Below are positions 56,501 through 64,000 of a DNA stretch of 64,000 nucleotides, piece after piece. Position numbers and translations under genes: made by a program. Each line of letters starts with the position of its first letter. Within the stretch, counting starts at the first letter, position 1. The notes under the pieces were generated by a model. It ran no database searches and was not told where the DNA came from. It saw only the letters and a program-made list of their open reading frames with translations. This DNA comes from an uncultured virus (IMG/VR IMGVR_UViG_3300032219_000626). Its lineage: Duplodnaviria > Heunggongvirae > Uroviricota > Caudoviricetes. The stretch is taken from the IMG/VR virus record IMGVR_UViG_3300032219_000626; one strand, given 5' to 3'.

Positions 56501-58909
56501 GAGCCACTTGCCTACTGGCTTTCACAACGACTTGGGTCTGACGTAGTTCCCTATGAATTCCTAAAATTTGGTAAGGGTGCTGGAGAAACTATTGGTCCAT
56601 TTGGAATGGTAAAAGATAGTGCAACACTAGTTGCATCAAAAATAAATAAAAACCTAATAACTGGAATGCTAGGAAATAATGCCTTGATGAATTCCCCACA
56701 AATGGAAAAAATATTTTTGAATGCATATAAGCAAGGTGGTCCAGAAGCACTGAAAAAAGCAATTCAGGAATACTTAGCATCAATTCAAAAATATGCAGAT
56801 AACACATCTCTATTGAATACACTGTTTAGTAATGCCGATATTCATGGCAAGAATGTAATGTATGATACTGCTTCAAAAGCAATTACGCAATTGGACTTTG
56901 GTCACGCTGGACTTTTTACAGACCTTCTTAGTGGTAGTTACTCTAAGCTACCTACAAAATTTTCATACCTTAATGATTTTTATACTAAAAATCCTTTAGA
57001 AAGTTTAAGCCCAGGTGATTTGGGATACGACGTAATAAAGCTAGAGCAAGGCTTACAAAGTTTCTTGTTAGACGCTAGCAGAACAATACCAGAACTGCCA
57101 GAAATAATGTCTAGCATTAATGCTGGCAAAACAATAATGAATCCAGACAATTTCTTAAAAGGATTGTCAAATTTGTATAAGTCTGGAGACCCACTAGAAG
57201 CTTTTGTTAAAGATGCTTCTATGGGCGACCGAGGTCTAGAAAAATGGCTAACAAGTATGTTGCTAAAAGACGTTCAAGGAATTTCTGGCAAAACAAATAT
57301 ATCAAAATCATTTGCAGATGTTGTAGATGATATGATTAAGTTTGTTCCAAGTCTTTTGAAAAAACTTCCAAAAGTAGAAAACTGGTTTAATGTTCCAGGT
57401 ATGACACCTAAAAAACCACTTGGCAAGAGTGGCGTAGTAGACATACAGGCACCAAATGTTGGTAACGAGTTTAAACCATGGCACACTGGACCACAAGCTA
57501 AAAATGGTGGACTTGTTAAGTTTGCTAAGGGTGGACTTGTTAAGCGAGACGTAACCTCATCAGACCCAGGTCTTGACTGGTTTAATAGCTTTATTCAAAA
57601 CCTTCTAGGTGGTGGTAACCCATCTGCTGCTATGCAAAATGATGCCACTAAGTCATTGCTTGCTCAATCATACACCCAGGGTGCCAAGAACATGGGGGTA
57701 GACCCAACAGACCCAATGTTCTATGCATCAATGTTTGCACCATCTATGGGTATCAAAGCTCTTGGTATGGCTGGTAAGGGTGTCTCAAAACTAAAGGGAC
57801 TTTCTGCATCAAAGAATACTGGACCACGTGTAACGCTTGCTAACTATATAGATACCCCAAGAGTTTCTCAAGCATATCTAAACTTTATGAGAACTAATCC
57901 AGCAATTTCTGTAAGAATGAGAAGCGAGCAGCTTATCGACAAACTTGCTAAAAAAGATTTTGCTTATAGGAATGCATTTGAAGAAGGCATGGTTGTTGAC
58001 GACTTAGACCCTAGACTAGAAGTTGAGAATATGCTTTTTGGTTTGGGCAAGGATGCTCCAGCATCTTCTAGACCAATCTATGGAGCAGGAGTTAGCCCAT
58101 ATACTCCATGGAGCATTAGAGGAAAGGCATCAAGAAATGACAATGCTTTTGAACGTTGGGCTTTAAGAAGTAAGTCTTCAAACATTAATTCAGAATATTT
58201 TGACCGATACGGAGATATTTCGCTACTGCTAAAGAATAGAGTAAAGAAGCGTTCTACCTTTACTCTTGGAGATAGTTTTGTTGCAAGAAAAACAGACTCT
58301 CTTGTTCCAGGTGGAACAAAGAAAACAGTTGCAGCACCATTTGGAACAATGAGTCAATCAAAAATCCTTGGTGCATCAACAGCAATGAATAGACCAGAGT
58401 TGCAATTTGTTGAAGCACAAATTTTTGGTGGACTTCCATTCTCTGACATTAAAAAGATTATTGTCAAAAATCCAGAAATGATTCCGTTGCTACAGCAAAA
58501 ACTTGCAGAAGCTGGACTAAAAATTCCTGTAGGGCAAACAAAGCTCAGTCCTCTAGGCAAGCTAAATGAAATGTTCTATAAGAATAAAGTTCACGGACCT
58601 ACTGGATTACCCATGTTTATTCCTCAATATAAATCTGGTGGAATGTTCCGCACACCATATGCAAATGGTGGTCTTGCTATGCTTCACGATAAAGAGTTTG
58701 TAATGAACCCTGGGGCAGTTAAAGAATACGGTGTTGACAAGCTTAAAGCCATGAATAACGGTACATATAATGGTGGTTCAGTGTATAATAGTTATGGAGT
58801 AAATATTAGCGTTGATGGTTCTAATACTAGTGCAAATGATATTGCAAGAACAGTAATTAAAGAAATCAAACGACTAGACTCACAAAATCTTAGGAGCACA
58901 GCGGTTTAA
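50594..58909 (+). CDS. tape measure protein with inserted enzyme-like domains
   Basis: 2771 aa; TP901-type core, coiled coils, GPGSGTSDSIPARLSDGEYV motif. Confidence 0.9.
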   Translation: MSDFESKIDINIDAGQALAAIKTLQRQISDFHTSLAKGSATANIKSLQMQQSLIDTINATGQYSASMKTVASSTQTFTTALEKNKLSMGQYFKYAGGASKSFGKFFRTEMDTIQKVAIERVKDLQTQYVKMGRDANGAIKTIAIRPLALDMENLSTKTQIAAQKQQLLNQLLKQGSTNLLNFGKNTQWAGRQLMVGFTIPLGILGTTAARTFMNMEKQAIAFKRVYGDTFTASKETDAMLKQVQQLASEFTKYGVAVEKTMEQAAKAAATGKMGADLLAQVSEATRLSVLGNVEQAQALETTISLTNAFGTAADELRGKINFLNAVENQTVTSIEDLTIAIPKAAPVIKQLGGNVEDLTFFLTAMREGGINASESANALKSGLASLINPTKKASDFLQSFGININKIVEGNKGDVQGLVVDFAKALDTLDPLNRARAIEQLFGKFQFSRLSTLFQNVIKDGSQAARVLELTRQSSAELGILAQRELNRIASSPMYKFEKAVADFKKELAPVGEEFLKAVTPIINFATDVLKAFNNLDGGVKQFIVNSTGLIAGIGPVFLMTFGLLANGVANIIKGFTFVKNVFNKAASASTVLGETTDYMTQQQLEAASVAASLEQVHNKLTQAFTVEATAVGKLASAYQKAIAAQVAFTGPAPAGKGRAPKKYAAGVFSVPGPKGAGDIVPAMLSPGEAVIPAGPAQKYRGFIKGMISGKIPGFNDGTEEVKPKNPKKVVTLGAAISKMSSDQPTHLTNQTAALMHADFPNEQEIVRQAFAAQGFDIVGNDDDRKSYGGLMQPHAAHIGGEGSRRAVAINTKGGWFARWIKNWAAKFITPQIGVMNKYMQDISDPDMETKAADPKQKGKKVALYRDFLREDNIKRVAKALKIPVAEVIKHAKHLFAGNEALTPQETAVLGKIAETHRDSIRVTDRMGKSARRKANAEIARTSSIVSLAARRVSMANDPGGYFLGRGKYKDDKKKNETFDRTQERKLEAATKRATVAEIKARNDQEALAAAQSKEAVTETKGAKRRTRKAATNAKPKTKPKTKPKEPQSKVTPVPKVTTSEDLGEGLRRVVSTDANGKQKETYYQQGRRGALSATAAQAMLAARSGATASPGGRVKRFLTGATGKVAGGSMIGSMIARSVGGEGGDGLANILDIVSTAAFAKGMFPEKPLGPDGKKVPSRIGTAIRGSTIAKKITPYLDDLARALKVAAPGILRVLGPVGLVVTGGTIAFDILTEKARKQSEIAGALLDTVLVTKDKLEAVNNFFGTEAKLSSIREAGPVGIGETQGGASLAEQFRTSEEFQKTYKPFVEKIIEGSGSDITLALNSLAVELMASGLDKEVVQIIIDAIKQEAKRTDLVIDVNSLSLDTKGGLEQLRKGIASAISDYKSKVSEFDPFGFNANSLKLSLQEVTNFLNGLGTAYQSTAVSSKDFNRQYDLFIQKVNTLSSKEDKLKFLNDSLKLLSPEIAALTQGLYNLDSAALLVKLTLAGIGISKEAANILRVNDPKDVKAFYEAADKAFKAKDKQLASLTAKQKQLTDAQEQLEKKESDINDKYDERITALERINDLQKQIAEKQKSQLDLADALSRGDVFAAAKAVQDIRAKDAQYAIEQQKQALEDARAKETGAVQDKIGGIQKQIQNIDSQILQIQNANITIDTYLSKEDYEAGYELPPIKPELRPGIPKGQGIRVFKDDKGKQYTTVEQLNQFLNAGWKSTTRVGTTFPDKDGKTWKVTQAVDTDGNNEPNFVYVTPAEVKKAAGGYISGPGSGTSDSIPARLSDGEYVIRAKAVQALGTNVLDKMNYADKFAKGGIVNKPKTGSTASIYSDDKSVDMSDGNVIGHGLNFVMNSIYEMLFGKWAVKTKQGTPTAPDLEDMGTMAMNIVPIPGMKGFKSAQLAAKGFMQTGTVAGAKAAQSGAKLKALDSFSLSSPLTRQGVEIGEMAKYTPTQSDYYLKAYKSDTAVQMPYKGINEPLAYWLSQRLGSDVVPYEFLKFGKGAGETIGPFGMVKDSATLVASKINKNLITGMLGNNALMNSPQMEKIFLNAYKQGGPEALKKAIQEYLASIQKYADNTSLLNTLFSNADIHGKNVMYDTASKAITQLDFGHAGLFTDLLSGSYSKLPTKFSYLNDFYTKNPLESLSPGDLGYDVIKLEQGLQSFLLDASRTIPELPEIMSSINAGKTIMNPDNFLKGLSNLYKSGDPLEAFVKDASMGDRGLEKWLTSMLLKDVQGISGKTNISKSFADVVDDMIKFVPSLLKKLPKVENWFNVPGMTPKKPLGKSGVVDIQAPNVGNEFKPWHTGPQAKNGGLVKFAKGGLVKRDVTSSDPGLDWFNSFIQNLLGGGNPSAAMQNDATKSLLAQSYTQGAKNMGVDPTDPMFYASMFAPSMGIKALGMAGKGVSKLKGLSASKNTGPRVTLANYIDTPRVSQAYLNFMRTNPAISVRMRSEQLIDKLAKKDFAYRNAFEEGMVVDDLDPRLEVENMLFGLGKDAPASSRPIYGAGVSPYTPWSIRGKASRNDNAFERWALRSKSSNINSEYFDRYGDISLLLKNRVKKRSTFTLGDSFVARKTDSLVPGGTKKTVAAPFGTMSQSKILGASTAMNRPELQFVEAQIFGGLPFSDIKKIIVKNPEMIPLLQQKLAEAGLKIPVGQTKLSPLGKLNEMFYKNKVHGPTGLPMFIPQYKSGGMFRTPYANGGLAMLHDKEFVMNPGAVKEYGVDKLKAMNNGTYNGGSVYNSYGVNISVDGSNTSANDIARTVIKEIKRLDSQNLRSTAV

Positions 58910-59580
58910 TGCCAAATAACGCAGATTATATAGTAGGTAGAAAAAAGTATTCTCGTCCACAGGCTATGCTTTGGGCAGACAATAAGGGTACGCTAGCTGC
59001 CTACAATGGGCAAAACTATTATGTTCCAACTGGCAACGAAGTAAATGCTGCAACTGGCACTGGCGATTTTCTAATCCTATCTGACGACAACAGAAGCCCC
59101 ATAGATTTTGCTCAACAAAGAATTGAAAATAGAAGAAGGACCGTTAACGGTCGTATGCGTTCATATCACATTGCAGACAAGCTACAGATATCTCTTTCTT
59201 GGGATATGCTTCCGTCACGCTCTTTTTCTAATGACCCAAACTTTAATACTACAACTGGAAAACCAACAACTACTGGATATTCTGGTGTAGAAAAAACTAG
59301 TCTACCAGGAAACTACCTTTATCAATATACAACCGATGGCGGTGCTGGCGGTGCAGAAATTTTAGATTGGTATGAGAACAACAAGGGTTCTTTTTGGGTA
59401 TATCTTTCTTACGATAAGTATCCAAATTTTGAAGGAGTGGCACAAGGCAAGTACGCAAACTTAGGAAAATATAGCCAAGTTGTAGAGATGTTTATTTCTG
59501 ACTTTAGTTATTCTGTTGTAAAACGTGGAGGCACTAATTTTGACTTTTGGAACATTAGTGTTACCTTGGAAGAGGCATAA
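58909..59580 (+). CDS. distal tail (Dit)-like protein
   Basis: Follows tape measure; RR..NG.MR, W.IS.TLEE. Confidence 0.6.
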   Translation: MPNNADYIVGRKKYSRPQAMLWADNKGTLAAYNGQNYYVPTGNEVNAATGTGDFLILSDDNRSPIDFAQQRIENRRRTVNGRMRSYHIADKLQISLSWDMLPSRSFSNDPNFNTTTGKPTTTGYSGVEKTSLPGNYLYQYTTDGGAGGAEILDWYENNKGSFWVYLSYDKYPNFEGVAQGKYANLGKYSQVVEMFISDFSYSVVKRGGTNFDFWNISVTLEEA

Positions 59581-62500
59581 TGTTTACAACAGCAACAGAG
59601 TCTGCAACAATTACTGGTCTATCGGCTAACGGAACAAACATTGTTTACACTGCTGCTAACACTTTTGCTGTAGGAGACATTGTTCATATTTCTGGAATTA
59701 GTCCATCAAACTTTAACATTCCAGATGCAGTAGTCACTGCAAGAACTTCAACAAATTTTACTATTGCTAATACAGAAACTGGAACGTATGTTTCTGGCGG
59801 TATAGCAGTCTATGACGAACTAAAAAATCATACAGCAACATCTTCTGTCATTAGAACAAATACGGCAGTAATTGCAGAATGGAATCTAAACTCAGCAGAT
59901 AACATTGCAAAAATTGGTAACTATAGATATAGACCAGATGATTCTGGAAGTGCTTATTACACAATAGCATCAACCTATGACCCATCTGACACAAACAATA
60001 ATTATACTAATGCTACATTTGCAGACGTGCTAATTGATGGCGGACTAGAAGACGATGGGACACCATACTTTACAACATCAGAAAACCAAAAGCAAAGACT
60101 GCTATTCTCTCTTGAAGACTGTTTTGGAAAGAATAGACCACGCTCTGGAATTAACAAACTAGTTAATTTTCCTGGAAGAAAACTAAACTTTTCTAATGAA
60201 AACATGGCACTTAGACCAAGGTATTACGTAGCAAGCAGAGACGATAAATTTAAGTATTGGTGTTCATATAGAAAAGAAATTGTTTCTAATGTTTCACAAG
60301 ACAGAGGTATTTCTAAAAACGTTGGGGCAGACAACTATATTGACGACGCTGCACCATTTGTAGTTTACGAAACAGAGGTTCCAGCAAACAGAGTAGTAAT
60401 TAAAATGCAAACTCATGTTGGAACGTATCAAGCATATGCCACAGACCCATTTTATGGAGACTCAAACAAGCTTACACCAAGTGATTGGAAAATTCAAAGA
60501 TTAAACCTGTCCAATACTTGGGAAACTCTTAAGAATAGTGCTGGCTCGGACATAACCCTGTCCGACAGCGACATTCTAGAAGACGGCTATGTTGAGCTAG
60601 AGTATGGACTAAATACAGATTCTTTTACAGGATACGAACAAACGTTTTTTTATGCAGGTGAGTACTCAACATCAGCTGACCTGCCAGTTTTATCCCCAGC
60701 CACTGGATATGCATATCTTGTTGGTGCAGATACATCTAACGCTGGAACATATTATATTTATAATGGTGGCACTAGCACCACAAATACAGACAACTATGAC
60801 GACTTTCCAGCGGTATATGGTTGGAAAATACACAATGAGTCTATAGATAGATTTACACCATTTGTAACAGACCTAACTAGCCCAAGCTACTACACATCAT
60901 CTTCAATAAAAGTTTTTAGAGAGTTGCAATTTGTTAAAGGATTGAGAATAGTTGTTTCAAAAATGACAAATCCAAACGCAACACTAGACTTAATTGAGCT
61001 GTCTCCAAGACTAGCAGTTGACCTATCAGAAAAGACTGAAAACTTTTCAATTAAAAAACATGGTTCTGACCTTGGTTCTAGCGGTATGCCAGTAGGAAAA
61101 TTGCTAGCTGGCAGTGGAGCCTTAAACCTATTTGACTATGACCAAGCATTTAATCCAAATAATGTTTGGAGTTATGCGTCAAATACTGGTAGCATTATTA
61201 GCAGTTTTATTTCTAAAAATCTTCAAGTAAAAATGTATGAAATTATTCGTGGAGTAAACAATAGCGATTACTACATTCCGATTAAAACTATGAACTGCAT
61301 GGGCTTTCCACAATACGACGCTGCCTCAAGAAGTGTATCAATAGAGCTTAGAGACCAATACATTATGCTTGAGTCAATGATGGCACCACAACTATTTGTT
61401 CCAAATGCGTCATTAAGCTATGCAGTATCGGTTATTCTTGACTCAGTTGGATTCTCTAACTATGTCTTTAAAAGAATTAATGGCATAGCAGAGCCAGTAA
61501 TTCCATTTTTCTTTGTAGGTCCAAACACAAGTGTTGCCGAAATCTTGCAAGAAATTGCTGTATCAACACAAAGCATGATGTTCTTTGATGAATTTAATAA
61601 CTTTGTTGTTATGTCAAAAGAATACGCAATGCCCACAGAAAGTCAAAGAAGTACTGACTATGTTCTTTATGGCTCACAAGACTATACAGAATCATCTGTT
61701 GCTGGAGAGCTTGGGGTAAAAACCAATAGCAAAAAGCTTTCAAACATAATTCAAATAGCATCAAAAGTACATGACGTTTACAATGATGGAAGGATAAACT
61801 ATAGTGCTAGATATATTCAAAAGTCTCCGTCAGAAATAAGGCAAGCCTATGCGGTTGATGCAGATAAAACCTGGATATATAAACCAGTTTTGCTTTGGGA
61901 GGCAACTGGAGAAGACACCACAAAATCTACAAATGGTGCCAGCAATATGTCAGAAGGATATGCCCTGACTGCAATACCACTAAACTCTTCTCTATCAAGC
62001 TCTGTTCCGCAATATGTTGCTGGAACAACTGGGCTTATCGCAACACTATCTTCTGGTAGCACAACAGTAACCCTAACAACTGGGTCAACGTCAAATTTAG
62101 TTATTGGACAATTGCTTACAAAAACTAGTGGCACAGGTGCTTTTGCATCTGGAGCAAAGGTTGCAGAAATTGTTTCTGGAACAGTTTTTAAAACAACAAT
62201 CCCACACCAGACCAGTGGCTCCACCACATTTAGCACCAACGCAATTGTAAAAAATAACATAATTGATTTTGGAGATGCGGTATATTGGCTACCAAGATAT
62301 AACGGATACTTTTATGCTAATGGAGAAGTAATCAAATACGATGCAGTAGAGTATGTTGTTCAGGGCATTGGCAGTGTATGGATAACTAACAAACTAGAGT
62401 ATGAAAACTATTTCTCAAAGCTAGCTTTTGGAAAAAAGATTTTTCCTAGTGGCAAGGTAAGAATCTACTCAAAGTTAGACTCAGCACCAAGTGTAATTCG

Positions 62501-64000
62501 TCATGGTCGTGGTCAGTTTGGAACACAGATTGTTTCACATACTGCTGGCATTTCGTCACACTGGACAAATGCATCAAATAAAAAAGGTTTTGTTATGAAC
62601 TCAGAATACATTTTTGACGGAAAAACCTTGCCAACAAATCTAGTAAATGGAGCAGTTGGCAATCCAGCATCTGCAGCCTCAATTGCAAAAACATCAAAAG
62701 TGTCTGACTCATTAAAAAATAGCCTACTAATGTTTCCAGACGAAAGCGATTGGATTTCAAAAACCAAATCATCTCTTGGTGGTTCTGTACAGGCATCCGC
62801 AATGGTTTTAACTGGACCATCTAAAAAAGCTTTAGCAAACAATGGTATTGCTGGCAAGAACTTTGTTACCTATGTTCACAAACAGCTAGACAATAAGTTT
62901 GTTCACTTTGGAACTAGGTTACGAATTGTTGGTTCAATTAAAAATAACAATAAGTTTTACACTCAAGAAGTAGAGAATGCAACTACATACTATAATGCTG
63001 ACAAAATTGCTGGTGGTTCGGCAGGTATAGCCTTTATGCTAGACACTACCTCAAGTAAAAACAATGGATATTATTTTGAAATTGCAGCACTAGGTTTTAA
63101 AAACGTAAAAGATTTTGGTAAAGAAGATAATGTTTTCTTTTATAAAATACAAAAAGAGTCTGGTGATGCAGAAACAGATTCTGCAATTCCAGTAACTTTA
63201 TTTAAGAGTACAGCCCAGGTTGTTGTAGACTCTGGTTCTTTTGCTACACAAGGACGACTAACTACAGAAGAAATTCCAACAGTTTATGACCTTGCCGTGG
63301 AATATGAAAAAAAGTCAAGCAAGTGGTTAAGATTTTACCTGTATCTAAATGGAAATCTGCTGGCTGTTGTTGACGACAAAGATGCTTTGCCAGTAAAGAA
63401 AAATATTGCAATGTTTGTTCGTGCTAGCACAAAGGCAATTTTTGAAAATGTTTATGCAATGAGAAATAGCTATGAAGATGCAGGTAACGCATCAATTGAA
63501 GTTGCACCAGGGCAATCTAGAACAATATTTGACGACAACTCTATATCAGTTGCTGAAGCATTACACAAGTATGCTATTAGCGGTATTATTCAACAAACAT
63601 ATCTTACAAATATTGGAACAGATGGCTCTAGGTTTAAGATTTACTACGATGAATTTGGAACTATTATGAGAGAAGCAGCATACTTTGATATTAAATATGA
63701 TAAGGCTTATCCAGCACTTTCTGTAAAGCTGCTGCCAACATTTTCAAAAGAAAAAGGTTACGCTGTTTCTGGATTTAACTCAAATGCATATGGGGCAGAG
63801 TTTCTAGTGTTTAACTGTACAGATAATGTCCTTATGATTGACCAAAGTGTAGGAAATATGCTAAGGATTTCTGGAGTAACGCTGACAGATGAATCAAATA
63901 AAACATTAACGGTAGATGACTACTACAACAAAAAAGCAGACTTTTCAAATCCTACATTTTCTGGAAACAATCTTGTAACCCAAAATCTTTATGAAGAATA
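59580..64000 (+). CDS. large tail tip/baseplate protein, runs off the right edge
   Basis: TAATG coupling; MFTTATESATITGLSANG...; no competing long ORFs; absent from the track, presumably because no stop is in the window. Confidence 0.75.
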   Translation, partial: MFTTATESATITGLSANGTNIVYTAANTFAVGDIVHISGISPSNFNIPDAVVTARTSTNFTIANTETGTYVSGGIAVYDELKNHTATSSVIRTNTAVIAEWNLNSADNIAKIGNYRYRPDDSGSAYYTIASTYDPSDTNNNYTNATFADVLIDGGLEDDGTPYFTTSENQKQRLLFSLEDCFGKNRPRSGINKLVNFPGRKLNFSNENMALRPRYYVASRDDKFKYWCSYRKEIVSNVSQDRGISKNVGADNYIDDAAPFVVYETEVPANRVVIKMQTHVGTYQAYATDPFYGDSNKLTPSDWKIQRLNLSNTWETLKNSAGSDITLSDSDILEDGYVELEYGLNTDSFTGYEQTFFYAGEYSTSADLPVLSPATGYAYLVGADTSNAGTYYIYNGGTSTTNTDNYDDFPAVYGWKIHNESIDRFTPFVTDLTSPSYYTSSSIKVFRELQFVKGLRIVVSKMTNPNATLDLIELSPRLAVDLSEKTENFSIKKHGSDLGSSGMPVGKLLAGSGALNLFDYDQAFNPNNVWSYASNTGSIISSFISKNLQVKMYEIIRGVNNSDYYIPIKTMNCMGFPQYDAASRSVSIELRDQYIMLESMMAPQLFVPNASLSYAVSVILDSVGFSNYVFKRINGIAEPVIPFFFVGPNTSVAEILQEIAVSTQSMMFFDEFNNFVVMSKEYAMPTESQRSTDYVLYGSQDYTESSVAGELGVKTNSKKLSNIIQIASKVHDVYNDGRINYSARYIQKSPSEIRQAYAVDADKTWIYKPVLLWEATGEDTTKSTNGASNMSEGYALTAIPLNSSLSSSVPQYVAGTTGLIATLSSGSTTVTLTTGSTSNLVIGQLLTKTSGTGAFASGAKVAEIVSGTVFKTTIPHQTSGSTTFSTNAIVKNNIIDFGDAVYWLPRYNGYFYANGEVIKYDAVEYVVQGIGSVWITNKLEYENYFSKLAFGKKIFPSGKVRIYSKLDSAPSVIRHGRGQFGTQIVSHTAGISSHWTNASNKKGFVMNSEYIFDGKTLPTNLVNGAVGNPASAASIAKTSKVSDSLKNSLLMFPDESDWISKTKSSLGGSVQASAMVLTGPSKKALANNGIAGKNFVTYVHKQLDNKFVHFGTRLRIVGSIKNNNKFYTQEVENATTYYNADKIAGGSAGIAFMLDTTSSKNNGYYFEIAALGFKNVKDFGKEDNVFFYKIQKESGDAETDSAIPVTLFKSTAQVVVDSGSFATQGRLTTEEIPTVYDLAVEYEKKSSKWLRFYLYLNGNLLAVVDDKDALPVKKNIAMFVRASTKAIFENVYAMRNSYEDAGNASIEVAPGQSRTIFDDNSISVAEALHKYAISGIIQQTYLTNIGTDGSRFKIYYDEFGTIMREAAYFDIKYDKAYPALSVKLLPTFSKEKGYAVSGFNSNAYGAEFLVFNCTDNVLMIDQSVGNMLRISGVTLTDESNKTLTVDDYYNKKADFSNPTFSGNNLVTQNLYEE

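Noticed and set aside
33359..63669. Many antisense or alternate-frame ORFs inside structural genes
   Set aside because: Shadows of strongly biased coding frames
1..64000. Stop-codon reassignment, prophage or integrase, and introns/inteins in nrdJ
   Set aside because: Standard code gives full-length genes using all three stops; no integrase seen; NrdJ is uninterrupted and of ordinary length

Overview
A 64 kb segment of a large, low-GC, apparently lytic tailed phage (siphovirus-type tail genes; no integrase seen). An actinobacterial host is inferred from widespread leaderless TATAAT-N6/7-ATG starts, an MSMEG_6728-family gene, an NlpC/P60 gene and the GroES style. Layout: (1) 1-12.3 kb, glycan-modification genes plus Hsp20, GroES, thioredoxin and two tRNAs; (2) 14.2-29.2 kb, a minus-strand island of dozens of small, often acidic or Cys-rich ORFs, probably early/host-takeover genes; (3) 29.9-64 kb, NlpC/P60, tail fibres, class II RNR, portal, protease/scaffold, capsid, neck and tail genes, a 2771-aa tape measure and a truncated large tail protein. 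The most striking signals are non-coding. About 30 copies of a promoter AAATGTC-N12-TAnnnT have the same spacing as the actinobacterial PafBC/RecA-NDp DNA-damage promoter. Fifteen copies of a GGGGGCACCCCC-type pseudo-palindrome flip orientation within fixed flanks. Ten DnaA boxes sit in four tandem clusters alongside MtrA/GlnR-like and WhiA-like sites. Four 3'-UTR H-type pseudoknots show compensatory changes, and a hairpin RNA has a loop antisense to early-gene Shine-Dalgarno leaders. The tape measure also appears to carry kinase-like and DUF3626-like cargo domains. All family calls are by eye from motifs; no database searches were run.
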